DNA of 64,000 nt. It comes from Octopus sinensis (lineage: Eukaryota). How positions within the stretch are numbered: the first letter of the stretch is position 1; every line of letters begins with the position of its first letter. Below the pieces are notes generated by a model. It was not told where the DNA came from. It saw only the letters and a list, made by a program, of their open reading frames with translations, and searched no databases. The translations under genes were made by a program, and so were the position numbers. The stretch lies in the NCBI RefSeq assembly GCF_006345805.1, contig NC_043015.1:27714001-27778000 (forward strand), in the 5' to 3' direction. Below, piece by piece: positions 51,376-64,000 of the stretch.

Positions 51376-52254
51376 TATGCACATATTCCTACTGTGTTTT
51401 GTAACCAGTCTATGCAACATCTGTTCATCTATTGTCCTTGTGGCAATACAAAGAAAAATGCAATTTCACTGAATCATTGAAACTTTGGATAAAATGCCTC
51501 CTTGTATTTGTTCCAGCTCTTTATATTCTGAGTTCAAATGTTAACTGAGATCAACACTGGCTTTCATCTTTCCAAAGTTGATAAAATAAAGTACCAGTTG
51601 ATTACTTGGGTCAATTTAATTGACTAAACCTCCCCTCCTTTCTCAAAACTCTTCCCTTTGTACCTTTCTTGGAGTATTAAAATGTTGATCTCATCATTAT
51701 CAAGTTTTTTTTTTTTTTTGATTTCATCTTTTTTTTTTAACCTCAGAATACTTTTCTGACTGAAAGCTTTTTTTTTTTTCATCTTATTTTATTGAGGATT
51801 ATTTTCAATTTTCTATTTCATCTTTTTTTTTGTAGAATCTTTTCTTCTCACAATTTTTTTTTTTTTACTTTACTTCTTTTCTCTCATCTCTTCATATCTC
51901 TTCGTCATTACTGTTATTTCTCTCATATTTTCCTATTCCTGGCCTCTATTATTGCTTTCTTCTTTCTTCTGCTTTTCTTTTCTTCTTATTCATTTTGTCA
52001 CCTTCCATTTTTCTTTTCTTTAATATTAGCTTTCTTATTTTACCTTCTTTTATCATCATCTTTTTCTCCTACACTTCTCCCTTCCCATTAATTCTTCTCC
52101 CTTCTTCTTCTCCTTCTCCTTCTCCTTCTTCTTCTTTTTCTTCTTCTTCTTCTTCTTCTGTCGTCATCTATTCTATTCTTTCCTCCTCTCTTTTTGCCCT
52201 TCTACTCCATTTTTGCTCTTTTTCTTTCTACTTTTTCTCTGCCCCTCCCTCACT

Positions 52255-52392
<138 letters not shown>

Positions 52393-52438
52393 TTTTCTTT
52401 CTTATATTCTTTCCATCTCATTCTATATTCTTTAACAG

Positions 52439-52562
52439 TTCTGACTACCAAGGCAGATGTTGAAGCTAAAAAAGACAAACAACTTCAACGGCAACAATAT
52501 TTCGAAGAGTTTAAATCCAACTTTATGGAAGGTTTCACCGAATCCTTCAAACAAATTGTTTG
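52439..52562 (+). CDS. Coding exon of an unidentified host gene (xLTTKADVEAKKDKQLQRQQYFEEFKSNFMEGFTESFKQIVx)
   Basis: Long pyrimidine tract plus TTAACAG acceptor, donor G|GTAAGA, 40 open codons of protein-like composition. Phase 1 in and phase 2 out. Confidence 0.75.
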
Positions 52563-52842
52563 GTAAGATATACTTCTCTCTACCCCACCCACCTCTTCTA
52601 ACATTCTAATATTTAATTTTCATTGAAGTTTAGAATTTTTAAACATCAATGAAATATGGATTCAAAATATTTCAAATAAAAATCTTTTGCTTGCTTCATA
52701 GAATAGATTGAAAAATTTTTTCCAAAAAATGTTTTTTTAATCCTATTCTGTTTTTAACATCCATAATCCAAACTATTGTGAATCAGTCATTCAGAATCAA
52801 CAAAAAAAATATTGTCATCATCACCATCATCATCATTATTTT

Positions 52843-52911
<69 letters not shown>

Positions 52912-54859
52912 GTTGTTATTATTATTATTATTGTTTTCCACCACCACCATCATCATCACTACTGATTAAAATAACATTGAATACCCCAATTTTGTTGGTT
53001 CAAAAGTAGAGAAAGAAAGGAGAAATAGAGAAATATATCATTGTACCAAAAGCACATAATTGAATTTCTTTTCAAAAGATGGTTTTGTTATTTAGAATAT
53101 TTAGCATGTTTGTTTTTATTGAATTTTTATAGTTTACATTCTTTTTTTTAATATTTATTTTTAACCTATAAATGGAATTCTTCATTTTATAATCCTGAAC
53201 AATTGCTATTCAAGAATATTTGAATAGTGTAAGAAGAAATAATTTTTTATTTGTAGCTTGTTTTTCTTTTTTTCTCTTTTTTTGTGGTATTAGTGAGAGG
53301 TAGGGCGACTTCATTGTTTTTGTTTCTTTTTATAGAACTATTATGATTACTTTGTTATCTATGGAGAAATCAAACTATAAATATTAGATGTTTTATTATT
53401 GAAGAAGTATCTAAAATTATACCCTTTTGATTTATAAAAGCTAATAATTGGAGAAAACTATTGGAAAATATTGTTATGTGTTTCTTCAGAATCCATATAT
53501 TCAACCAAATATCTTTGGAAACAGGAAGAAATGATAGAACCATAGACCAAATGGCATACAGTAGTATTTCAGTTGTTTCATTACTATATATTTTAAGTTA
53601 AGTTCAAATCCTGTTAATCATTCAACTTTACCTTTCATCTTCTCAAGGCTTGATAAACATCCCACCACTAATATACCAAAGTCAATTTCAGTAATTATGT
53701 GACTTCCTTACAAAATAACTAGCCTTGTGACTGCTCAAGCAAAATCAATGCTTTAAGAAAGAAGAAAATTAATTCATATTTTTCATATATTTTCAAGTAG
53801 TGGTAGCGGTGATGGCAGTGGCAGTGGTGGGTTGTGAATGGGTGATGGGGCACAGATGTTATGGTTGTTATCATTATTTCAAAATTTATTGAAAATGAGA
53901 TAAAACACCTCTACAACATTAACACATAGAAAACATAATAAAGAAAATAAGACAGACAACATGCTTAGAGAATTCACAAGTAACACATTCAACTAGTGAA
54001 AAGAAAATATGGTGTATAAGTGATTCATTATGGATTTTGCCAGTTCTGACTGGTTCCCTGTCTCTCTCCAATAATCTATAAATCACCCAAAACAATGTAC
54101 CAAGTATCATCACAAAACAATGTCAAAACAAACTAAAACTGAAAACCTCATTGACATGTCAGGGACTTAGTTTGCTTCCAAAGCATGCTCTAAACCTCAA
54201 AATCATTGCCACTCTATGTGCAGTCCTCACCAAACAACTATATCTATAATATAGGTTTTTGCAATCATTTTCGTACGTTTGTAATTCAATTTCATAATCA
54301 GGTAATTCAAAGTCGCAAAAAAATTTAGCGCCATGAAGCTAGTCATTCAAATTCATTTTCTTATCATGCAACTTTGCACTTCATTCAAAGAATTTAACAT
54401 TTACACCATTCAAATTGAAATGCCCATCGAGAGCATTCAAATGAGTCAGAAGGCAAGGAAGCATCATTTCAAACATTCAAATTCGCACATGTACATTCAA
54501 GTTCAAAATAAGTTTATTCAATTTAGCACTAATTTTACATGTGTGTTTTTACTCGCAGACTAAGAAGTGAATGTTAAAAATGACAAATTTAAACAACATA
54601 TTTTGTCATGCAAATTTTATTGTTTTTATATCTACAAGGATAAAATAAACTACATGATTCTTCTGTCCGCAAAAATCTTTTTCATTGCAACATTCATAAC
54701 TGGTCAGTATCAGTTGCATTTTATATCCCTTTCTTTTATACTGACTTGTAATCATAGAGTAAGGTGCATGCATATAGCAGTCAAATTCATACTCAGTTCT
54801 TGATCTATATAATTTTTCAACATTTTGTCACAACATTATTTCTATAGCCTATTGTGTGT

Positions 54860-55155
54860 GTGCGCGCATTGTGTGTCTGTGTGTGTGTGTGCGCGCGCGT
54901 GTGTGCGCGCGCGCGTGTGCATGTGCGTGTGTGTCTTTATGGCTGTGTTTGTCCCTCACAATGGCTTGGCAATGAATGTCAGTGTGTTTATGTCCCAGTA
55001 ACTTTGCAGCTCAGCAAAAGAGACTGCTGGAATAAGTACCAGGGTTAAAAACGAAATAATGCCAGGGTTGGTTCATTCAACTAAAAATTCTTCAAGGCAG
55101 TGCTGCCCCAGCATGACCACAGTTTGATGACTGAAACAAGTAAATGATAAAAGAT
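54860..55155 (+). mobile_element. SINE family A, 3' part
   Basis: Ends GTGCTGCCCCAGCATGACCACAG...ATGACTGAAACAAGTAAA. Confidence 0.75.
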
Positions 55156-55639
55156 ACCAATTCAGAGAATGTGTAACTGATTTCTGACTTTGGCACAGGC
55201 ACTATAATACACACAAGCACACATTCAAGTAAATCGTGAGCAAAGCTAAATTTCTTTCTATACTGATTAGGAATAAGTAAAACATGTCTTCTGGCAAGTT
55301 TAAATGGTCTTGTTTTAATAAAATAGCAAAATCTCTTTAAGCTCCACAAATTTGTTTCAGAAGAAATTTGCCAAAATAAAACTATTAAAATGTAGTGTCC
55401 GTGTCCGTGTGTGTGTGTCTGTGCCTCTGTGTGTTGTGTCTGTGTGTGTCCATGTGTGTGTCTGTGTTTGTGTCCATGTATGTGTGTGTCCATGTGTATG
55501 TGTGTGTGTGTGTGTGTATTCATTTGTATGTGCACAATCATTATATATAGACTTGATATTATTAATTTACTAGAAATTTACTAAAATTGAAGAAAACAAG
55601 GAGCAGTGTATAATATCAGATAAGAAGAAGAGAAGCTAG

Positions 55640-57260
55640 ATACCAAGTACACTTAGCACAGAGGGAAGTTGAAAGTAAGAAGTCTGCCAACACATTCTGC
55701 ACTCAAATGGTCAGAGATGTGAGGTGTTCCAAATTGCAAAACAGTGCATCACTATGAATGAAGATTTCAATGGTTAAGTGTGTATATGGAATGATTGCAC
55801 TCATGCTCACTGACACTAAAAAGAAAGAGGAATGAATTTGCTATTACAAGAAATAAGGAAAATATATTGGAAAGAAAAATCAGTGCAATAAAGGATATGA
55901 AGGCTGGGAAAACAGCTGAAGCATGAAGGATTGTTGCTGAGTTGCTGAAAATTTTTGGCAAAGTTGGATAAATAGGCAAATAAATAGTACATGGAAGTGC
56001 AATATCCAATGATTGGCATTGCAATCCAGTCATTAAGTGCAACAAAGATAGAGAAGGTACTCTAAAAAGAAACAACTCCAATGACATTCAATTGATGGAC
56101 TAAATTATGAAAATAACAGGAAAAGTTATAGCACATCTGATTAAGAAGAGTATTAGTTTAGCCAAAATGCAATTGAAATTTGTGCCAGGATGAAATAAAA
56201 TCCCATTTTTATGAGATTTGTTCCTCTGTTGAGGAATGACTTGTAAGAGTCATGCATGCAGAGATACAGTCAACAAAGTAAGACTGTGCAATGGGTGCAA
56301 TGAAGAATTTGGTGTGTGGGTAAGGGCCTATTGGGGCTTGGTTCTCTGTCTTCTTCTATCTATTCTAATTCTCTACCCCATAATAGAGGAGTTTAAAGCT
56401 GGTTGTTTGTGAGAAATACTGTATACCAATGACCTACTTTGCAAAGCTAAATTCATTGAAGAATCCAAGAACAAAATTCCCAAAAATTGTAGTCTACAAT
56501 GAAGAAATGTTAAGTAATCTAAGAAAAAAATAAAAGACCCTGCTGCCACTGAAAAAGTGACTATTTGGAAAGAGGTCATCTGATAGTAACAGATCTAAAA
56601 GTCACCATGTTAAAAAGTGGCTATATACAGAGAAGGCATCAGCAGAAAGTCTCTACTATGCAGTAGCATCACATGTAAGATGAAAAAAAACAAAATCCTA
56701 TCCAAGTAGTAGATGGAGACAGAGTAATTAGCATTCTGTGCACACATAAAATGAGTTCTTGCACATTCGTTAGAGGTTCCTTCGAAATACATAACAGCTT
56801 CTGTTAACAAAGTGACATAATTTGCCATGGAGTTAAATGCTGTGAAAGAAACGTAGCCAAAATAAAGATGGACAGAAAATGTTGTGAGGGAGGCTATTAT
56901 TTCAAAGTGAATGGAAGATTGCATAACATGTATATATACGATGCAATACTGCATGATAGCAAAATATGGGCATTTAATGCAGAGAGTGTATAAAAGTGGG
57001 AAAGATGTTGAACACATACTGCACTTGATATATAATGTTAGTGTACAATAACAACGACCAACTGCAAACGAATAAGCTGAAGAAAAAACTTGGTATGAGA
57101 GCAGATGTTACATACAAAAGCTGAGAGAGCACTTGCCTAGTCATGAAATCCAGTTGAGAAAGGAGTGACAAATTGATCCAACTGGATGACAACAGTGGAA
57201 GTGGATGGAATGGGTTTGAGTAAAGGATTGCTTGATCAGAGCTGAGCCTTGGCTAAACAG
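55640..57260 (+). mobile_element. Highly decayed RTE LINE (RT region to 3' UTR)
   Basis: IKDMKAGK...IVAELLKIFGKVG, ISNDW and a degenerate LYTNDL (= LYADDL) align with the RTE at 16143-19760. Confidence 0.6.
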
Positions 57261-57387
57261 CAACCATCAACAACTTCTGTCAATAAGCAATACCATATAT
57301 ATATTTATCTGATAATATTCTTTTTACCTAATCATAAAAATATAAATTACAAATATCTATATGGAAACTATGCAACTGAAAAATCTC

Positions 57388-57425
<38 letters not shown>

Positions 57426-57545
57426 ATAGTAGTAGTAGTAGTAGTAGTAGTAGTTGTAGTTTCTGTTTATCCCAGGTTGAGTTTGAATTAATAGAGCTAT
57501 AATCAAAGGAATTCCAGCTGTTCCATTTTTGGTGGGGGGAGGAAT

Positions 57546-57620
57546 TCCACCACGTTTCGTAGTTCTCTATCTCGACAGCTCCTTTGTAGGATCCAGTGGC
57601 TAAAGACATCATCAGGAGGA
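57546..57620 (-). ncRNA. Possible decayed minimal hammerhead motif
   Basis: Minus strand: TCCTC-CTGATGA-(50 nt, imperfect stem)-GAAAC-GTG-GTGGA. The GUG triplet violates the NUH rule. Confidence 0.28.
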
Positions 57621-59534
57621 GCCATGTCTGGTTTTGGCCCCTATTAGAAATGTATCTAGAAATACGATCACCTAATGTGACCTCATCCTTTTTTAAAGAC
57701 AGCAGTGTGTTGTTTGAGGGAGATTTGTCATGCAAAAATACCTCTAATATTTCACAAACAAGAGGCTAATCTTCTCATAGACATAGCTTCTCTCATAAAA
57801 CAAATTAAACACAGACTACAAACTAATGAAATACTTGTTAATTTCACAGTGTTGCCAGAGAATTTTACCACATCACTGTACCTATTTATAGGTAGTGATG
57901 AATTACAGCACTTCACAGCTAGGTGATCTCAGCCATTGAGAACTAAATTGTTCTCATTGTTGTTTAAACTTTGGACAGGCATGATGGAGCAAACCTATTA
58001 TAGACACATTCTCACCATGACCATCCCAATTAATTTACAGAGTTCATTTAGAACAACTTTATCGTATGTATCCTTTCTTGTTTGCTTTTAAGGTTGTGAT
58101 TTGAAGGAATTTGGCTGCTATTTTTATCATAAATGCTCTCCTAGTTTCTTATAAGTTGTGAAGGAATTTAGTCACATGTTATTCCAATATTTTGTCTTGT
58201 AGAAGAGAATTGAAGTACAAAGAATAAATTGCTATTTTAAATGGAACACAAATTGGATGAAGCTCAAAATTTCTGAGCAAGAGCAGAAAGATAAAAACCA
58301 TCCACATCAGATAGAATGTAAAAGAGAGTTAAGAGTTGAAGGTTCTATTTCAGAAAAGGTTGGAGTCTTCATGCAGAAGAAAATATTTCATAAGCTTAGT
58401 CATCTTGATACGAAAACTAAATCCTCCCCCACCAGTCACCAAATCCTCAAAATATAAATTCTTCTTTAAGAGCTAAACATCCTAAAAGTATATTTTTTGC
58501 TCTTAATCAATAATGCTATATTCTTCATCTTCCATATAGTATCTCTTCAAGTATCATATTCTATGTTGAAATTTCTCTCTGACAGCGTTATTGCTGAGAT
58601 GAAAACTATATTTGTATATATCACATTCTATTTAAAGAATTTACCAATACATGCTTATATAAAGTGTTTAATTGTTTCTTCTCATTTGCTTGCATTTTAT
58701 TCTATTTTATTTATTTATTTATTTATTTTTTTTGCTGAAAGATTTTCTTTTTCAATGCACAAACACTATTTAAGTAACTACTGTTAAGGCAAAATATATA
58801 GGCCAAGATATATAGGCCAAACATCAAGCTGGATACTCAAGTGTTCAGATTTCAAATCCAGCTGGAGCTGATTTTTGTCTTTGATCAAATAAAGATCAAT
58901 AAATTAATTACTTATTCAATTCAATAGCTAGATCAGTATGCTAAGATCAAATGCTGACTGGCTAAGACCAAATTGCTAAACCAAATGGCTAAGACCAAAT
59001 AGCTAAGACCAATTGCTGACTGGCTAACTTAATAGCATTTAAGCAGTTAAAATGATATATTGACTCAGTGTGATTTACGATATGCAATCAAAATAACAGC
59101 AGTTAAATAGGTACAAGATCAGCAGTCAAAAGAACAGGAGTTCAAGTCTTGGCACTGACATATCATTTTCATTAGCCGTGCTGGCAAATTCTTGATTTCT
59201 GAGGCTACATTGGAAGCAGGTACTGTGAGAAGGAATATAATTTTCAGCTGTGAGCAGTGACAGGGAATTAATAAGTGTTTAATTGGCTTAAAGTGTTGAA
59301 TTCGATTCCTTTATAGGAAAAACACTACCAACCATAGACTAATATGGAGAAAGATTTAACTTCCATTTCTATATTTTAAATCATGCTTTTTGTAAATAAT
59401 CGTGTCACAGGTTTTCAATAGAACAAGATTCTGTTGCATCAATCATCAGTTCACTATACATTTATAGGCACGGGAGTAAGTACGTGTGTCTATGTAACTC
59501 AAGTGGAACATAATGCAACAAAGTATTTTTGTTT

Positions 59535-59880
59535 GATTGTGACCTAAAGATTTTTCATGAGACTGAGTATGGTATCCTATCGTCTCTTAGCTGCCAGACG
59601 TGATTAGCCAGTGATGTTATGTATCTCCTTTCCAGAACTCTGAAGGAAGACCTGTGGTTGGAGATACACTACTTGAACGAGTTCCCAGAACACCCAATAT
59701 ATCTCCATGGATGTGTATTGTCAGTGCTGTACCTGTTGGTGGTGTTGTTGTTGCTGCTAACATTGTTGTTGATGGAACTGGGATTACTTGTGTTGGCGTC
59801 ACTGGAGGTGGTTGCATCAGTAATGTTATTGCCACTGCCAGTTATGGTGAAGGCAATAGGGGAGCAAGCAGGCATACACT
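59535..59880 (-). mobile_element. Penelope-like element relic (GIY-YIG endonuclease)
   Basis: Minus strand: WRYIGCSGNSFK*CISNHRSSFRVLERRYITSLANHVWQLRDDRIPYSVS*KIF. Confidence 0.78.
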
Positions 59881-59944
59881 AGACAGGCTTTGGAAAGACT
59901 TAATCAGCATGCTTGGAATTGAAAATCACCATAGGGACCAACCT

Positions 59945-60230
59945 TACAACAGAGTTCCAGAAAGGAGATATGTAACACCACTGGCAACTAAGAGACGATG
60001 GGATCCCAAACTCAATCTCATGGAAAATCCTTGAGATCTCAGGCCCCTACATCAACGGGATGAAATGAAATGTTGCAAGTTATGCATAGCTGAATGTGCA
60101 AGAATCCTGAAAGACTCACTCAAACCAGGGAACATCCTCAACTCCAGGACGGAGATTTTCAGGCCTTGCTTACATTTTAGGAGGTTCCTGCTAGCCTTTT
60201 GGAGCCCACAGGATGTGGCACAACTGGAAG
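59945..60230 (+). mobile_element. Penelope-like element relic (GIY-YIG C-terminus)
   Basis: WQLRDDGIPNSISWKILEISGPYING and CKLCIAECARILKDSLKPGNILNSRTEIFRPCLHFRRFLL. Confidence 0.78.
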
Positions 60231-60894
60231 TTGAAAGCCAATAGCAAAGAGACATAATCCCCATCTGTTTACTTTAATTAGCAAGGTTTTTCCCCCTCCA
60301 TTTTTAGAAGAGGTCATAGGCCAACAGGTTATGGGTAGGAAACCTAAGGTAATCCCATAAACCAGCCTTCACCATTTTTAAAAATATATATGTATATAAA
60401 AGCGGACGTTAAATGATGATGATGATGATGATGATGATGTATAATCAGCACTTTAACATCCGCTTCTCCCTGTATGTATGTATGTATGTATGTATATGTC
60501 ACTAAATTGAGCAAAAAGTCGAAACAACTCAATAACCAACAAAAGCACTAATTTGATGAGCTGACAAGGGAGATAAGTTCCCTATGGTACCAGATACAGC
60601 CAAACTGTTGATGATTTCACATTTGATGCTTAATGCAACATAATGCTCATAAGTGATTCTCAGCACACCTAGGGTTAGGCACATCTTACCTTGTCTGCTT
60701 ATAAGGTTTCCATTGAAATCATACATTGATTTCAAAAACGATAAAAATGAAAATTATAAATGGGTGGCTAGTTCACAATTTTACAGCCTAAAGGCAGAAA
60801 TATATATTCGTCACTAAAGTGAATAAGGGCACTAGTCAGCACTAGTATTGCTAGAAATTAGAGTCAGAACAACTCGATAGCCAACAAAAACACT

Positions 60895-61833
60895 ATCATA
60901 ATGAGCCACCCCACCTTTGCCTTTAGTGTTAAGGCCAGAATATCTATGCTTTCCTTTGTTCTGCTTCAAAAACATTACGCTAAGTCCAGTACTTTTAGGA
61001 AAATATTCAGCCTCCAATGTATTAAATTTTCCTACTCCATCACAAATAACATTGCCAGTATAATCCGATGACTTAACAATAAGAAACTAAGTAACCAGCG
61101 ATTAGTTAACTTTACTCATACTAATACAACACAATCTAATCCCCCATCCCCACCACCCATAATCCTTACCAATACTGACCCTCACACCACCAGCCCTAAT
61201 CCTAATATTCCACCTAATACCCTTAACCAACCTCGCGATTTGGTTATACTCACCACTAAAATAGGCAATTATAGGAATGATATCATGAGACATGATAGGC
61301 AACATCCCCTTGAATGGCTCCCTCACCACCCCAAAAAATACCAATCCTAAAGCTGTGGCAGATAATGCATATAACACCAGGTTAACTACAGGTACTCATA
61401 AATCCACCAACTCCACTTTAGAACCTTCTAGAATCATATGCAGCTGTAAACGTCCCACCTCCTGTCCCTTAGTATATGCCTCACAAAAACTGCTGAATAT
61501 AAAAATACGTTATCCACAGAAGACTGCAAGTATGTATATATCAGCTCGTGCAGCACCACCTTTAAAATCAGAGTTGATAACTACTATTCTAGCTTTAAAT
61601 CTCGAGTGAAAATGAACAGCACATCTTTATCTTGGCCCATTCATAAACTAAAACAAAACTCAGTTCTAGACAATGTAAAATGGTCCGTCGTTACCCAAGC
61701 CAAACAGTATAATGATTATAACAACAAATGTGATCTCTGCATCACAGAAGTCTTACTTGTTATGCAATACAGCTATTGCCTTAGTAAATGGAGCAATCTA
61801 ATTCTTGATTGCAAACAATCATTTCCTAACTAA
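60895..61833 (+). mobile_element. Penelope-like element relic (post-RT region, Pro/Thr-rich linker, GIY-YIG)
   Basis: IIMSHPTFAFSVKARI...KHY...FRKIF...IKFSYSITNNIASII (cf. WFNPP...KIFN...KVSYSC); CSCKRPTSCPL; YVYISSCSTTFKIR; KWSVVTQAKQYNDYNNKCDLCITE. Confidence 0.7.
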
Positions 61834-61984
61834 TCCTCTTGCATTCCTACCCCACCTCACTTGAAGCTCTTTTATAAATTTATAACATGAAATGTTTTTA
61901 GCTACCCTTATATTTTCTTAACTTTGTGATTGCCTTACATCTTCCTCACTGCACATGAGAATAAACAGGCATGTACTTTTCCAT

Positions 61985-62090
61985 TACTGACCCTTTTATT
62001 TCTAGCCATCTGGCTTGCCAGTCCTCAATCAAACTGTCCAACCCATGCCAGCATGGAAAGCGGACGTTAGACAATGATGATGATGATGAT
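61985..62090 (+). mobile_element. RTE-tail fragment
   Basis: CCAACCCATGCCAGCATGGAAAGCGGACGTTAGACAATGATG. Confidence 0.85.
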
Positions 62091-62200
62091 TCCTTCCTAT
62101 TTTGTTTTTGCACTCAGTTCATCATTCATTTTAAATTATATCTCCTGCAAGTTAACTTGGCATTCCTTAATGACAATTTAATCTTCATATGATTAAAGTA

Positions 62201-62293
62201 TCTTCAGCCTGATGAGTAGCTAGTGGAGTACCCTTCATTTGGGTAATTATTACTTCCAAAGATCTGCTAGCTAGGAAACATATGTAGCCTAGA
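62201..62293 (+). ncRNA. Type I hammerhead ribozyme motif downstream of the Penelope relic
   Basis: CTGATGA (62209-62215), 11-bp stem II TAGCTAGTGGA/TCTGCTAGCTA, GAAAC (62275-62279), palindromic ACATATGT and GTA site. Weak stem I and a G.G mismatch at the base of stem II. Confidence 0.62.
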
Positions 62294-62321
62294 TTATACC
62301 TGCTTCATTCCCTCTATTTGG

Positions 62322-62391
<70 letters not shown>

Positions 62392-62399
62392 TATATATA

Positions 62400-62740
62400 T
62401 ACTCTTTTACTTGTTTCAGTCATTTGACTGTGGCCAAGCTGGAGCACTGCCTTTAGTCGAGCAAATCGACCCCGGGACTTATTCTTTGTAAGTCCAGTAC
62501 TTATTCTATCGGTCTCTTTTGCCGAACCAGCATCGGTTGTCAAGCAATGCTAGGTGGACAAACACAGACACACAAACATATACACACACACCTATATATA
62601 TATACATATATACGACAGGCTTCTTTCAGTTTCCATCTACCAAATCCATTCACAAGGCATTGGTCGGCCCGGGGCTATAGCAGAAGACACTTGCCCAAGA
62701 TGCCACGCAGTGGGACTGAACCCAGAACCATGTGGTTATA
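62400..62740 (-). mobile_element. SINE family A, internally deleted
   Basis: Reverse complement of the family A head and tail. Confidence 0.88.
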
Positions 62741-63689
62741 TATATATATATCACATTTGTATACAAAGATATACCAACCAAAAGCACATCTTAATTCATA
62801 CAAAACTGAGGTAAATCTAAAGTGTTTCATAAAAATTTAATGATTTCAGAGCTATGACAATCATCTATGAAATATAAATGCAACAGAATTGTAAGACAAA
62901 AGTTACCTCAAATAAAACAGAATCGTCAAATAACTTAATTGTTAACTATGTATAGTTTCAACAAGTTATTTTCTTCTGTCTTTAGCTGGATTTGCACTAC
63001 AATAGCTATAGTGGAAGTTATATAAATAGTCTAGCTTCATATAGCAAGAACTAGCTACCAGTCATTGTATGACCTTCTGTGTAACAAGAAGTAAGGATGA
63101 ATCACTCATTAAATGGAATTGCATTGAAAACATCTTCCCTTAGAAAGTTCATTTAAGGGCTTTAAAGTATTCAACTGCTATAGTAATAAATTTATAAATG
63201 AAAAATCTTACAATCAACAAAAAATAATGTAATATACAAGGCTTGTAGATGTACGAGTGCCAATCAAGAATGTGTTCATAGTTTATACAAAATTTTGAAA
63301 AATGGTTAATGAAATATCTAACAATTTCAGGGATTTGATAATTGTCTACAAAATAGAAATGTGATAGAATACTAAATGCATGTATGTATATAGGCATATT
63401 TGTATATATATTTATGTATATTATGTAGTAAATTAGAATAATATAGTCAAGTGGGATAAAATCTGACCTAAATTGAAACTATGGCAAATGATACTTCTCT
63501 TTTTCATAAACAGTTGTTGTTTATGGATGTCCAGTATATCTGATCAGTTTAATTAATTTACACATGCAATGCTAGCTTAAATCTATACGTTTATTCTGTT
63601 GAACATTGTACAAGAAAAGAAAATGGCTATCACTAATGCATCAGTAATACATTGCCAACATGTAACACAGACGTTAAATATTGATGATG

Positions 63690-63720
<31 letters not shown>

Positions 63721-64000
63721 CGACGACGACGATGATAGCTGTGTCAACTCACAGACAAAAATGACCGTCACTGACATTTTTTTATCCTGGATATTAAAGA
63801 TAGTGGCAGTCAGTAATGCCCATGCTGGAGTTAACAACTTGCACAACACTACTAAGTCTCTCACCTCCACAGCCAGTTAGATCAGAAGCAAGATCTCAGA
63901 CTATGCAATGAGGCAAGGATTATTTGGGATTATTGTTCAGTTAAGATCTCTAAAAAAAGACTAGGGGTCTCTCACTTCCAGCTGTAGAGTGGCCCTTGAC

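Noticed and set aside
52561-53400. Splice of the exon ending TG to an acceptor at ~53335 creating an in-frame TGA (selenocysteine idea)
   Set aside because: No SECIS seen and no support for that acceptor. A different phase-2 exon giving TGG or TGY is simpler.
61102-61377. Hydrophobic minus-strand ORF resembling a membrane protein
   Set aside because: Antisense shadow of the C/A-rich linker of the Penelope relic.

Overview
AT-rich animal genomic DNA. The SINE families, the (ATG)n-tailed RTE LINE and the extreme microsatellite density point to an octopod cephalopod; this is an inference from repeat recognition, not a database hit. I see no prokaryotic genes, rRNA or CRISPR. Most of the window is transposon-derived. 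It holds about 15 copies or fragments of R4/Dong-type RLE-endonuclease LINEs sitting in (TAA)n tracts, one of them near full length (36137-40167, minus strand). It also holds a near full-length RTE LINE (16143-19760, minus) plus RTE relics, Penelope-like GIY-YIG relics (59.5-61.8 kb) and many tRNA-derived SINEs. A plus-strand host gene that I cannot identify appears to thread through the window as tiny phase-compatible exons (14327-14393, 29978-30025, 52439-52562). The most interesting signal is a set of non-coding, mostly fold-back elements carrying type I hammerhead ribozyme (HHR) motifs. One is a 486-bp palindrome with a complete core in one arm and a core-mutated mirror copy in the other (24210-24696). 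Another is a tRNA-headed, SINE-like element with an HHR tail that also exists as a ribozyme-deleted derivative (44795-45283, 40168-40304). Further HHR relics lie at 21.3, 42.9, 57.6 and 62.2 kb. All RNA folds were done by eye and need computational and biochemical confirmation. Boundaries of degenerate repeats are approximate.
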